Source: Eledone cirrhosa (lineage: Eukaryota). From it: a stretch of 64,000 nt of DNA. The position numbers and the translations under genes are program-made. The stretch is taken from assembly GCA_964016885.1 (NCBI GenBank), contig OZ024741.1, positions 315,084,001-315,148,000 of the forward strand, written 5' to 3'. This document shows positions 12,387 through 25,544 of this stretch, one piece after another (the stretch's first letter is position 1; the number at the start of each line of letters is the position of its first letter). Under the pieces are notes generated by a model. That model was not told the DNA's origin. It worked only from the letters and a program-made list of their open reading frames with translations, and did no database searches.

Positions 12387-13323
12387 TGTGAAAAAATGGG
12401 GAGAAGAATACTGCTGGTTGCACATGGATAACATGTAATAAAATAAGTCCCTCATCAGTGATTTGCCGACGATCATAGATATTTCATTGCATTAAAAATC
12501 ATATACCTCACGTCGGTGCAATAATAACTAAATTAAGTTATTAGGACAATTAAAACGCGTAAAGCGAGTGAAACAAGATAACAACAAAGAGGATAGCTAA
12601 CCGTAGAAGGAAGGGAACAAGCTTCATAGTTATTCTGTTAGCATAAGCTAGCTGAATATATGAGCGCTTAGAAAAAAGACCTTTCAGGAGCGAATTCAAA
12701 TGTGAGAAAGAGAGAAAATGATTTCGTCGCGAACGGGGTGAAGTGAGAAGAAGAGAAACAGTGAGTGAGTGAGTGGAAGTGTGAGGAAGAGTTAACTGAC
12801 ATGACAGAGGGGGCGAAAGAAAGTAGGAGAAACAGAGAGAGCGAGGGAGCAGTAAGAGAGAGAGAGAGAAAAAAACAGAATCGCAGTTTAGGTAAATATA
12901 TGTGAAAAAATGGGGAGAAGAATACTGCTGGTTGCACATGGATAACATGTAATAAAATAAGTCCCTCATTAGTGATTTGCCGACGATCATAGATATTTCA
13001 TTGCATTAAAAATCATATACCTCACGTCGGTGCAATAATAACTAAATTAAGTTATTAGGACAATTAAAACGCGTAAAGCGAGTGAAACAAGATAACAACA
13101 AAGAGGATAGCTAACCGTAGAAGGAAGGGAACAAGCTTCATAGTTATTCTGTTAGCATAAGCTAGGTGAATATATGAGCGCTTAGAAAAAAGACCTTTCA
13201 GGAGCGAATTCAAATGTGAGGAAGAGAGAAAATGATTTCGTCGCGAACGGGGTGAAGTGAGAAGAGGAGAAACAGTGAGTGAGTGAGTGGAAGTGTGAGG
13301 AAGAGTTAACTGACATGACAGAG
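12387..13323. repeat. 514 bp-period direct repeat (1.8 copies) between (TA)n tracts
   Basis: TGTGAAAAAATGGGGAGAAG at 12387 and 12901. Duplicated ORF-track peptides. Absent from the paralogous block near 21450-21525. Confidence 0.85.
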
Positions 13324-13335
13324 ATATATATATAC

Positions 13336-13436
<101 letters not shown>

Positions 13437-13649
13437 AGTATGTATGTACAACTACATTCATATACGTATACAAACGTACAGTAGTATGTATATATATGCA
13501 TACATGCACACATATATATGCACGTATCGGTTTACCGAACATTTATTATAATGCTTGGTTTGTTTGTTTGTAAACAAAGAAACCGCCCGAATTACGGCGT
13601 ACAGTGTTTAGGCAACCACGTCACCTTTTTGTTCAACACAGACACAGGA

Positions 13650-13692
13650 ACGATGTTCTAGTTTCAAGCTTATTAGCTATCGTCAGCATCGT
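13650..13692 (-). ncRNA. Minimal type I hammerhead ribozyme, cleavage triplet mutated (GAA)
   Basis: Minus strand ACGATG-CTGACGA-TAGCTAATAAGCTT-GAAA-CTAG-AA-CATCGT. Confidence 0.7.
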
Positions 13693-14099
13693 ATACCTTC
13701 ATGCCAGATGGTTGAACGTCTGAAAGTATATACTTTCCTTGTGCATATTAACGGCTGAGCAGCCTAATGTGCATATCGAGTGAGTTCAGTCGGCCGGGCG
13801 CACCTAAAATGATAAATGGAATAGAATGAAACGAAATTTCATTTCTCACTCTTATTACGGCACTTACTTAAATGTAAGTATGTATGTATGTACACGTACA
13901 TACATATATGTATACAGACGTACAGTAGTATGTATATATATACATACATGCACACATATATATATATATGCACGTACCGGTTTACCGATCATTTATTATA
14001 AAGCTCGATTTGTTTGTTTGTTAACAAACAAACAGCCCGAATTACGCCGAACAGTGTTTAGGCAACCACGTCACCTTTTTGTTCAACACTGACACAGGA

Positions 14100-14142
14100 A
14101 TGATGTACTAGTTTCAAGCTTATTAGCTATCGTCAGCATCGT
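14100..14142 (-). ncRNA. Minimal type I hammerhead ribozyme (one stem I mismatch)
   Basis: Minus strand ACGATG-CTGACGA-TAGCTAATAAGCTT-GAAA-CTAG-TA-CATCAT. Confidence 0.8.
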
Positions 14143-14548
14143 ATACCTTCCTGCCAGATGGTTGAACGTCTGAAAGTACATACTTTCCTTGTGCATATTA
14201 ACGGCTGAGCAGCCTAATGTGTATATCGAGTGAGTTCAGTCGGCCGGGCGCACCTAAAATGATAAATGGAATAGAATGAAACGAAATTTCATTTCTCACT
14301 CTTAGTACGGCACTTACTTAAATGTAAGTATGTATGTATGTATGTACACGTACATACATAAATGTATACAGACGTACAGTAGTATGTATATATATACATA
14401 CATGCACACACATATATATATGCACGTATCGGTTTACCGAACATTTATTATGGCTCCGTTTGTTTGTTTGTAAACAAACAAACAGCCCGAATTACGCCGT
14501 ACAGTGTTTAGGTAATCCCGTCACCTTTTGTTCAACACTGACACAGGA

Positions 14549-14591
14549 ACGATGTACTAGTTTCAAGCTTATTAGCTATCGTCAGCATCGT
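14549..14591 (-). ncRNA. Minimal type I hammerhead ribozyme, best-preserved copy
   Basis: 6 bp stem I ACGATG/CATCGT, CUGACGA core, AGCT/AGCT stem II above a U.U pair, GAAA, palindromic CTAG stem III, GUA cleavage site. Confidence 0.85.
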
Positions 14592-15043
14592 ATACCTTCC
14601 TGCCAGATGGTTGAACGTGGAAAGTATATACTTTCCTTATGTATATTAACGGCTGAGCAGCCTAACTTGCATATCGAGTGAGTTCAGTTGGCCGGGCGCA
14701 CCGAAAACAACAAATGTAATAGAATGAAACGAAATTTCATTTCTCACTCTTAGTACGGCACTTACTTAAATGTAAGTATGTATGTATGTACAACTACATA
14801 CATATATGTATGCAGACGTACAGTAGTGTGTATATATATACATACATGCACACATATATATATGCACGTATCGGTCTACCGAACATTTATTATAATGCTC
14901 GGTTTGTTTGTTTGTAAACAAACAAACAGCCCGAATTACGCCGTACAGTGTTTAGGCAACCACGCCACCTTTTTGTTTTACTTACATTTAAGTAAGTGCC
15001 GGACTGAGAGTGGGAAATGTAATTTCGTTTCATTCTATTCCAT

Positions 15044-15076
<33 letters not shown>

Positions 15077-15499
15077 CGTGCCGAAATTTCCCGCGGGTAT
15101 ATAATAATTGCATTTTTAAATTTTATTCTTATTTTGTTTTTCGTAAATCATTTTTTTCAAAATATCAATTCAAAGCTTTTTGAATAGGCATTTATCTAGT
15201 CATTTACCTATTGTTTAAATTTCATATAAATCGAAGGGAAAACATTTTCAGCGCGGGTTTTGTGCCCCCGAGGAACCCTTTGAATAAAATGAAGTATACT
15301 TACCAAGTTCCCTGGTCAATGTAGTTTCAGAATATATATGGTTATGGGGGCTACTCCAAAAGCCTAGGAGGAGTTCATGAAATCTTGTTCCGTTTATTGG
15401 CCAAAATATTCACTATAGGGGGTTTAACACACATTAGGGTGTCATAATATTTTTTAAATTTGCTGAAAGTTTGTGAATAGGCATCATATCTTCGTGAAA

Positions 15500-16045
15500 A
15501 ATGTCGCTGCGGAGCCACCGTGGGCTCTTTCGGCCTCCACCCGTTTTCCTGTCGCCACAGTGCCGGCTGCCTTCCACGCCATGCTGCCCTCAACGAGGTC
15601 ATAAAGCATGGCTTGGACGCTGCGGGCTTCCCTTCCCCGCTCGAGCCAGTGGGGCTGGACCGAGCGGGCGGCAAAATGTCAGATCGCATGACCATCTTCC
15701 CGTTCCGCGGTGGCAAACCCCTCGTCTGGGATGCTACTTGCACCGACATTTTCTGCAGCCGCAACCTGGTGCAGTTTGCGACTAAGTCATGTTCTGCTGC
15801 ACGTCGGGCTGAGGAGGCCAAACTCCTCAAATATCGGTCGCTCTCCGACAGGTTTGCTGTTGTACCCCTGGCAGTGGAGACTTCTGGTGTCCTCGGCCCT
15901 AGGGCTACCTCCCTACTCACCACCATAGGCGCTGAGCTGGCCAGCCGCATGTGTGAACACCGCGATTGGACAGGCTTTTCCAGCGCGTCTCCCTTGCCGT
16001 CTCCCGGGGAAACGCCTTCTCCATCCTTTCCGACATGGCTGTGGG
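15500..16045 (+). mobile_element. CRE-like non-LTR 3' fragment (restriction-like endonuclease)
   Basis: RHAALNEVIK...MTIFPFRGGKPLVWDATC...KLLKY...VPLAVETSGVLG, then after a frameshift LFQRVSLAVSRGNAFSIL. Confidence 0.8.
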
Positions 16046-16226
16046 TGTGTGGGTGGGTGTGTGTGTGTGGGGGGAGGGGGGGGGGGGGTCGCGTAACATT
16101 CCATATTTAAGTATGTGCACTATCATATACATGCATAATGTAGTAACGCACTGGAGTCGATTTGCTCGACTTTCCCTTCTCCATTAATGATATCTACAAC
16201 ATTATCATATATATTTATAATTTCAG

Positions 16227-16361
16227 AATGCCCAGTAGGAAGGTTTGGTGTTGATTGTAATGGGACATGCCATTGTATCAACGACATTAACTGTGACATG
16301 CGAAATGGAAAATGTTCTGATGGATGTTCTGCAGGTTATATTGGTGACAATTGCCAACAAG
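16227..16361 (+). CDS. EGF-like exon E2 (8-Cys laminin-type EGF repeat, MEGF10/SCARF-like multi-EGF protein)
   Basis: tttcAG|AA TGC...CAA CAA G|GTatat, 135 bp, phase 1-1; (E)CPVGRFGVDCNGTCHCINDINCDMRNGKCSDGCSAGYIGDNCQQ. Confidence 0.85.
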
Positions 16362-17481
16362 GTATATCATAAACTTAAGTATTTACTATACACACGCACA
16401 CACACACACACTTTTATATATATGAGTGTGTTTGTGTGTGTATGTGTGTGCCTGCGTGTGTGCGTGTTCGTGGGTGTGTGTGTCTGTGTGTGTGTATGTG
16501 TGTTTGTGTTCCAGCGTGCGTCTGTGTGTGTGTTTGTGTGCATGAGTGTGTTTCTGAGTGTGTGTGTGTGTAAGTAAATATGATGTTTAGAAATCGTTTC
16601 TACAGGACTAGCATAGTTTCATCCAAAGAAATCATCAGGACCCGGCTTTCCTCTTGATTACTTTTGAATGAAATAGTTCTAGTACTTTAGAAGCCATGTC
16701 TATATTAAACGTGATATTTACACCCTACAATAGTATTTTGTTCCATACTCATACTGGTTATTTCCGATTGAAACCAGGACTGATATAAATATAAATAAAC
16801 GTATATATATATATAAGGAAATGAGTTTTTTTTCAAAATGATAAAAAACGTGATGTCCTACACGAGTGAAAGTATAAGGAAAAAAGATGAAATTGGAAAT
16901 GCAACTGGAGTCTTTTTAAGAATATTTATTTGTTTACCAGTTTCACAGTTCTTATGCTTTTCAAAAGTATAATTGAGATGGAGGTTTTGTGGCGTATTAA
17001 AACCCCCCATCTCAATTCTACTTTTGAAAAGCATAAGAACTGTGAAACCGGTAAAGGAAAAAAATAAATATTCTTAAAAAGATCCAGCTGCATTTTCGAT
17101 TTCACCTTTCTTCCATATATATATATACATATATGTGTGTTTGTGTGTGTGTGTGTGCGCGCGCGCGCGCGTGTTGGTGTGTGTGTGTGTGTGTGTTTGT
17201 GTCTGTGTCTGTGTCTGTGTGCATGTGTGTCTATGTGTATCTATGTGCGTGTGTGTTTATTTAAATGTAAGGATGTCGCAAATACATATCATAATAACTG
17301 ATAGAATATGGTAAGATTTTGAAGGATTATATATGTTATTTTTCTTATAATATTGTCTGTTTATTTCATAATGTTTTTCAAATTACATATAAAGGAACTA
17401 AAAATCCATGTATATACTATACACACACACGCGCGCGCACATACAAATATATAAATATATATACGTGTGTGAGAATGTGTG

Positions 17482-17591
<110 letters not shown>

Positions 17592-17841
17592 TTTGTGTAA
17601 ATATGATGTTTAATATAGAAATCGCTTCTATAGGACTAGAATAGTTTCATCCAAAGAAATCATCAGGAAACGGCTTTCCTGGTGATTATTTTTGAATGAT
17701 ATAGTTCTAGTACTGTAGAAGTCATGTCTATATTAACTTGATATTTACAGCCTACATTTGTATTTGCTTCCATACTTACATCGGATACCTTCGATTGAAT
17801 ATAAATATAAATAAATGTATCTACACACACACACACACACA

Positions 17842-17905
<64 letters not shown>

Positions 17906-17907
17906 TA

Positions 17908-18590
17908 TATGAAAATTAATGTTAAAACTCAATTGGAACCCTGTAACTATTAAGCTCAAAGTATAAATACTGAGCCGATTAATAATATATAGTAAGAAAC
18001 ACAGTAAACCGTGTGTCTAAAATTACAAGGTTTGAAAAATTACGTTTGTTTCAAATAGTTAACCAAGAAGCAGACAGAATGATAAAATATACAAACCGCC
18101 TCAATAACCATTATATCTCTCGGACAGATTATCCCTAATCTGTTTCGCTCTGAGTGTGTTTGTAACAGATAATCCTGGGCTTCATCAGCGAGAGAATCTG
18201 ATTACATGCCACAAACACTATTTGCCAACGTTCACACAGAAAGATGAATTTGTTACCTCGTGCGCCGCTCGTCAAACGTGGTAAGCGTGTATTGAATAGA
18301 AATAATAGTCCAACACACACAACTTAATAAGCTCAACTTGTGAGGGAGCAGAAATTTATGTGAAAATTAGAGTTAAAACTCAATTGGAACCCTGTAACTA
18401 TTAAGCTCAAAGTATAAATACTGAGCCGATTAATAATATATAGTAAGAAACACAGTAAACCGTGGTTATTGAGGCGGTTTGTATAGTTTAGCATTCTGTC
18501 TACTTCTTGGTTAAGTATTTCAAACAAACGTGGTTTCTCAACCCTTGTAATTTTAGACACACGGTTTACTGTGTTTCTTACTATATATTA
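17908..18590. repeat. Direct plus inverted repeat cassette (PLE pLTR-like architecture) in (TA)n
   Basis: 17908-18013 recurs at 18359-18463. 18465-18590 is the reverse complement of ~17982-18109. Confidence 0.75.
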
Positions 18591-18609
18591 TATATATATA
18601 TAAATATAC

Positions 18610-18722
<113 letters not shown>

Positions 18723-18784
18723 TATGTACACGTAAGTAACAGCCGTACTAAGAGTGGGAAATGAAATATCGTTTCATTTTTTCC

Positions 18785-18827
<43 letters not shown>

Positions 18828-18828
<1 letters not shown>

Positions 18829-19446
18829 GTAAGTATGTATGTACAACTACATACATATACGTATACAAACGTACAGTAGTATGTATATATATGCATACAT
18901 GCACACATATATATGCACGTATCGGTTTACCGAATATTTATTATAATGCTCGGTTTGTTTGTATGTAAACAAACAAACAGCCCGAATTACGCCGTACAGT
19001 GTTTAAGCAACCCCGTCACCTTTTGTTCAACACTGACACAGGAACGTTGTACTAGTTTCAAGCTTATTAGCTATCGTCAGCATCGTATACCTTCCTGCCA
19101 GATGGTTGAACGTCTGAAAGTACATACTTTCCTTATGTATATTAACGGCTGAGCAGCCTAATTTGCATATCGAGTGAGTTCAGTCGGCCGGGCGCACCGA
19201 AAACGATAAATGAAATAGAATGAAACGAAATTTCATTTCTCACTCTAAATACGGCACTTACTTAAATGTAAGTATGTATGTATGTACACGTACATAAATA
19301 TATGTATACAGACGTACAGTAGTGTGTATATATATACATACATGCACATATATATATATATGCACGTATCGGTTTACCGAACATTTATTATAATGCTCGG
19401 TTTGTTTGTTTGTAAACAAACAAACAGCCCGAATTACGCCGTACAG
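18828..19446 (-). mobile_element. Retrozyme-like array, 1.4 units, HHR at 19044-19086
   Basis: Same unit as 13433-15046, with a stem I variant (ACGTTG on the plus strand). Confidence 0.8.
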
Positions 19447-19989
19447 AAATATTTATTTATTTACCAGTTTCACAGTTCTTATGCTTTTCAAAAGTAAAAT
19501 TGAGATGGACGTTTTGTGGAGTTTTAAACCTTCCATCTTAATTCTAATTTTGAAAAGCATAAGAACCGTGAAACCGGTAAAGGAAACAAATAAATATTCT
19601 TAAAAAGATCCAGCTGCATTTTCGATTTCACCTTTTTTCCATATATATATATACATATATGTGTGTGTTTGTGCGCTCGCGCGCGCGTGTTTGTCTGTGT
19701 GTGTGTGCCTGTGCCTGTGTCTGTGTCTGTATGTGTGTGCATGTGTGTCTATGTGTATCTATGTGCGTGTGTGTTTATTTAAATGTAAGTATGTCGCAAA
19801 TACATGTAATAACTGATAGAATAAGGTAAGATTTTGAAGGATTATATATGTTATTTTTCTTATAATATTGTTTGTTTATTTCATGATGTTTTTCAAGTTA
19901 TATTTAAATGAACTAAAGATCCATGTATATACTATACCCACACACGCGCGCGCACATACATATATATAAATATATATACGTGTGTGAGA

Positions 19990-20027
<38 letters not shown>

Positions 20028-20248
20028 ATGATGTTCAATATAGAAATCGCTTCTATAGGACTAGAATAGTTTCATCCAAAGAAATCATCAGGAAACGGCT
20101 TTCCTGATGATTGTTTTTGAATGAAATAGTTCTAGTACTGTAGAAGTCATGTCTATATTAAACGTGATATTTACAGCCTACATTTGTATTTTCTTCCATA
20201 CTTACACCGGATACCTTCGATTGAATATAAATATAAATAAATGTATCT

Positions 20249-20285
<37 letters not shown>

Positions 20286-20634
20286 GTATTAGTTATACTA
20301 TTTATGGTTATGTAAATACAAAAACCTTATGCAGTTATAAGTATTTTTTATACAAACCCTAAATAGTGGTAGGCAGTAATGTATTACTACCTTATTACCA
20401 GTAAGTTAAGTAGCTCAATGTAAAAACATTAGATGATTTACAGAGCAGTTATATGAAATATAAGAATCAAAGAACTGTTCAAAACATTATTGTGCTTACA
20501 GCTGTTTCCTCCAAACCGAGGTTTGGATTTTTCGGAGCAATTTATTAATGCATTGTCAGTTATATGACCTCCTTTTCAGCCAAGAGACATACCGATACAT
20601 ATGCAAATATTGTGGGTCAACATTCATATATTTC

Positions 20635-20672
<38 letters not shown>

Positions 20673-20677
20673 AGATA

Positions 20678-21443
20678 TATTGTATCTACTACTCCTTTTT
20701 ATAATATTTTACATAACTCTGATATTGTGTCAATTTAATTATTTCGATTATTTTGTCTCTCATAATCATAGAGTAACACTGGTTAAGGTCGACAACATAC
20801 AATCTCACATACTTGTGAAAAAAATATGTTTATATATACATGTATATGTATGTATACACATATATTTGTATACCTCTCATTATTGTCTCTAACTCCCTCA
20901 CGGTAGAGTAACCACGGAAGTATAGTGACTGCTTTCAAGCAAACACTATATACACTTCTAGTCAACCTTACCACCCCTCTGTAGCCTTGTATCATATCAA
21001 TATCTCCCTCCGCGTTCTGAGATATTTTCGCTGCTACAAGGGATTAATCCCCTTTCTTGACCGGTGTATCACGTGATAGAGTCTCCCTCCGCCTTTCTGA
21101 GATTTTCTCGCATGCTACGGACGTATTTAGTTAGGGCTCTTCCATGAGGTGCTCCCTTGATAAGCTGGCTTACCTCACAACATTCTCGCATAGTGACCAG
21201 CGAAACTGTACAGTCGGGACGAAAGGTAAAAAATAGGTATATTGTATCTACTACTCCTTTTTATAATATTTTACATAACTCTGATATTGTGTCAATTTAA
21301 TTATTTCGATTATCTTGTCTCTCATAATCATAGAGTAACACTGGTTAAGGTCGACAACATACAATCTTACATACTTGTGAAAAATATATGTTTATATATA
21401 CATGTATATGTATGTATACACAAATATTTGTATACCTCTCATT

Positions 21444-21447
<4 letters not shown>
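20678..21447 (+). mobile_element. Non-coding element: ~208 bp direct repeats flanking a ~350 bp HHR-bearing core
   Basis: 20678-20886 matches 21239-21447. The HHR lies just before the second repeat. Confidence 0.7.
21153..21219 (+). ncRNA. Type I hammerhead ribozyme, U3-A8 core variant
   Basis: TCCC-TTGATAA-GCTGG...CCAGC-GAAA-CTGTACAG-TC-GGGA, GUC cleavage site. Confidence 0.8.
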
Positions 21448-21527
<80 letters not shown>

Positions 21528-21530
<3 letters not shown>

Positions 21531-22684
21531 AAGTATGTATGTACAACTACATACATATACGTATACAAACGTACAGTAGTATGTATATATATGCATACAT
21601 GCACACATATATGCACGTATCGGTTTACCGAACATTTATTATAATGCTTGGTTTGTTTGTTTGTAAACAAAGAAACCGCCCGAATTACGGCGTACAGTGT
21701 TTAGGCAACCACGTCACCTTTTTGTTCAACACTGACACAGGAACGATGTTCTAGTTTCAAGCTTATTAGCTATCGTCAGCATCGTATACCTTCCTGCCAG
21801 ATGGTTGAAAGTCTGAAAGTATATACTTTCCTTATGCATATTAACGGCTGAGGAGCCTAATTTGAATATCGAGTGAGTTCAGTCAGCCGGGCGCACCGAA
21901 AACGATAAATGGAATAGAATGAAACGAAATTTAATTTCTCACTCTTATTTCGGCACTTACTTAAATGTAAGTATGTATGTATGTACACGTACATACATAT
22001 ATGTATACAGACGTACAGTAGTATGTATATATATACATACATGCACACATATATATATATATATGCACGTATCGGTTTACCGAAAATTTATTATAATGCT
22101 CGGTTTGTTTGTTTGTTAACAAACAAACAGCCCCAATTACGCCGTACAGTGTTTAGGCAAACGCGTCACCTTTTTGTTCAACACTGACACAGGAATGATG
22201 TACTAGTTTCAAGCTTATTAGCTATCGTCAGCATCGTATACCTTCCTGCCAGATGGTTGAACGTCTGAAAGTATATAATTTCCTTGTTCATATTAACGGC
22301 TGAGCATCCTAATGTGCATGTCGAGTGAGTTCAGTCGGCCGGGCGCACCTAAAATGATAAATGGAATAGAATGAAACGAAATTTCATTTCTCACTCTTAA
22401 TACGGCACTTACTTAAATGTAAGTATGTATGTACACGTACATACATAAATGTATACAGACGTACAGTAGTGTGTATATATATACATACATGCACACATAT
22501 ATATATGCACGTATCGGTTTACCGAACATTTATTATAATGCTCGGTTTGTTTGTTTGTAAACAAACAAACAGCCCGAATTACGCCGTACAGTGTTTAGGC
22601 AACCACGCCACCTTTTTGTTTTACTTACATTTAAGTAAGTGCCGGACTGAGAGTGAGAAATGTAATTTCGTTTCATTCTATTCC

Positions 22685-22689
<5 letters not shown>
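21528..22689 (-). mobile_element. Retrozyme-like array, ~2.5 units plus inverted fragment, HHRs at 21743-21785 and 22195-22237
   Basis: Paralog of 13433-15046 with the same diagnostic HHR variants in the same order. Confidence 0.8.
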
Positions 22690-22727
<38 letters not shown>

Positions 22728-22732
<5 letters not shown>

Positions 22733-23820
22733 TATGAAGAGAGAAGAAACATTTAGATATAATTAGTAATAAAATGTATCATACCTAAACTGTTCCTAAA
22801 TTCCTCGACTACGTAGTTTCGTGGCATAAACAAAAACAATATATCAAAGATATAGAGTCCTTGCGAGGTCTGCCGACTTATCAAGAGGATACCTCATTTT
22901 ACTAGTCTCAAGAACGCGTCTACACGACGTGAGAAAGAATCCCAAAAGGCGGAGGGGGAGACAGTCACGCGATATAACGGTCGAGAAACAGAGCTAAGCC
23001 TCTTATAACCACGAAGAAAATACCACGGAGGCGGAGGGGGTATTCATATCGAGGCCGTAGAAGAGGTAGTGAAGAAGGCGAGAAGTATGAGTAATGGAAG
23101 CTTTCCAGTTGTCCCCACACTTCAAAGATTGCTCGACCAGAGGGAGTTATTAATATATTTAGAAACACACAGTTGGGTGCGGATGCATTCATGTATATAT
23201 GTGTGTGTCCGCATGTATCTGTGTGTTTCTAAATATATTAATAACTCCCTCTGGTCGAGCAATCTTTGAAGTGTGGGGACAACTGGAAAGCTTCCATTAC
23301 TCATACTTCTCGCCTTCTTCACTACCTCTTCTACGGCCTCGATATGAATACCCCCTCCGCCTCCGTGGTATTTTCTTCGTGGTTATAAGAGGCTTAGCTC
23401 TGTTTCTCGACCGTTATATCGCGTGACTGTCTCCCCCTCCGCCTTTTGGGATTCTTTCTCACGTCGTGTAGACGCGTTCTTGAGACTAGTAAAATGAGGT
23501 ATCCTCTTGATAAGTCGGCAGACCTCGCAAGGACTCTATATCTTTGATATATTGTTTTTGTTTATGCCACGAAACTACGTAGTCGAGGAATTTAGGAACA
23601 GTTTAGGTATGATACATTTTATTACTAATTATATCTAAATGTTTCTTCTCTCTTCATAATGTATTTTTAACTCTGATACTGGTTCAGTCTGGTTCAAACT
23701 GAATTGGTCTGTCCCAGTCATTCATTGAGCAACATCGGTGAAGTTGGCACCCTTAACTCACAGTTGGGTGCGGATGCATTCATGTATATATGTGTGTGTC
23801 CGCATGTATCTGTGTGTTTC

Positions 23821-23828
<8 letters not shown>
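22728..23828 (+). mobile_element. Young non-coding PLE-type insertion: 445 bp inverted arms plus partial tandem repeat
   Basis: 22728-23172 is the reverse complement of 23219-23663 with no net indel. 23168-23237 recurs at 23759-23828. Sits in (TA)n and is absent from the paralogous site near 15050-15076. Confidence 0.85.
23502..23589 (+). ncRNA. Type I hammerhead ribozyme, U3-A8 core variant (mirror copy 22802-22889, minus strand)
   Basis: TCCTC-TTGATAA-GTCGGCA...TGCCAC-GAAA-CTACGTAG-TC-GAGGA. Confidence 0.8.
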
Positions 23829-23912
<84 letters not shown>

Positions 23913-24339
23913 CATACGGGCCGATATTTCCCGCGGGTATATAATAATTGCATTCTTAAATTTTATTCTTATTTTGTTTTTCGTAAATCATTTTTTTCAA
24001 AATATCAATTCAAAACTTTTTGAATAGGCATCATATCTAGTCATTTACCTATTGTTTAAATTTCATATAAATCGAAGGGTAAACATTTTCAGCGCGGGTT
24101 TTGTGCTCCCGAGGAACCCTTTAATTAAAATGAAGTATACTTACCAAGTTCCCTGGTCAATGTAGTTTCAGAATATATATGGTTATGGGGTCTATTCCAA
24201 AAGCCTAAGAGGAGTTCATGAAATCTTGTTCCATTTATTGGCCAAAATATTCACTATAGGTGGTTTAACACACATTAGGGTGTCATAATATCTTTTAAAT
24301 TTGCTGAAAGTTTGTGAATAGGCATCATATCTTCGTGAA

Positions 24340-24505
24340 CAATGTCGCTGCGGAGCCACCGTGGGCTCTTTCGGCCTCCACCCGTTTTCCTGTCGCCACA
24401 GTGCCGGCTGCCTTCCACGCCATGCGTCTCCCTTGCCGTCTCCCGGGGAAACGCCTTCTCCATCTTGTCCGAAGGGGCTGTGGGTGAGGTGGTGGGGAAT
24501 CGCGT
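24340..24505 (+). mobile_element. Internally deleted copy of the CRE-like fragment
   Basis: CCACGCCATGC is joined directly to GTCTCCCTTGCC, ~400 bp shorter than the copy at 15500. Confidence 0.8.
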
Positions 24506-24637
24506 AACATTCCATATTTAAGTATGTGCACTATCATATACATGCATAATGTAGTAACGCACTGGAGTCGATTTGCTCGACTTTCCCTTCTCCATTAATG
24601 ATATCTACAACATTATCATATATATTTATAATTTCAG

Positions 24638-24772
24638 AATGCCAAGTAGGAAGGTTTGGTGTTGCTTGTAATGGGACATGCCATTGTATCAACGACATTA
24701 ACTGTGACATGCGAAATGGAAAATGTTCTGATGGATGTTCTGCAGGTTATATTGGTGACAATTGCCAACAAG
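24638..24772 (+). CDS. EGF-like exon E3
   Basis: AG/GT intact, 135 bp; (E)CQVGRFGVACNGTCHCINDINCDMRNGKCSDGCSAGYIGDNCQQ. Confidence 0.85.
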
Positions 24773-25356
24773 GTATATCATAAACTTAAGTATTTACTAT
24801 ACACACGCACGCACACACACACACTTTTATATATATGAGTGTGTGTGTGTGTAAGTTAATATGATGTTTAGAAATCGTTTCTACAGGACTAGCATAGTTT
24901 CATCCAAAGAAATCATCAGGACCCGGCTTTCCTCTTGATTACTTTTGAATGAAATAGTTCTAGTACTTTAGAAGCCATGTCTATATTAAACGTGATATTT
25001 ACACCCTACAATAGTATTTTGTTCCATACTCATACTGGTTATTTCCGATTGAAACCGGGACTGATATAAATATAAATAAACGTATATATATATATAAGGA
25101 AATGAGATTTTTTTTCAAAATGAAAAAAAACGTGATGTCCTACACGAGTGAAAGTATAAGGAAAAAAGATGAAATTGGAAATGCAACTGGAGTCTTTTTA
25201 AGAATATTTATTTATTTACCAGTTTCACAGTTCTTATGCTATTCAAAAGTAAAATTCTACTTTTGAAAAGCATAAGAAGTGTGAAACAGGTAAAGGAAAA
25301 AAATAAATATTCTTAAAAAGACCCCAGCTGCATTTTCGATTTCATCTTTTTTCCTC

Positions 25357-25443
<87 letters not shown>

Positions 25444-25504
25444 TATGTGTTTGTGTGTGGGTGTGGGTGTGTGTGTGGGGGGTGTATGTGGGGGGGGGGG
25501 GGGG

Positions 25505-25544
<40 letters not shown>

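Noticed and set aside
13705-13740. Second, plus-strand hammerhead in the retrozyme unit (hairpin + GAAA-GTATATAC-TT)
   Set aside because: No CUGANGA-like core or stem I upstream
20493-20547. Minus-strand HHR-like motif TGCT-CCGAAAA-stem-GAAA-CAGCTG-TA-AGCA
   Set aside because: Two core changes break the 3-8 pair, so it is treated as a decayed pLTR relic
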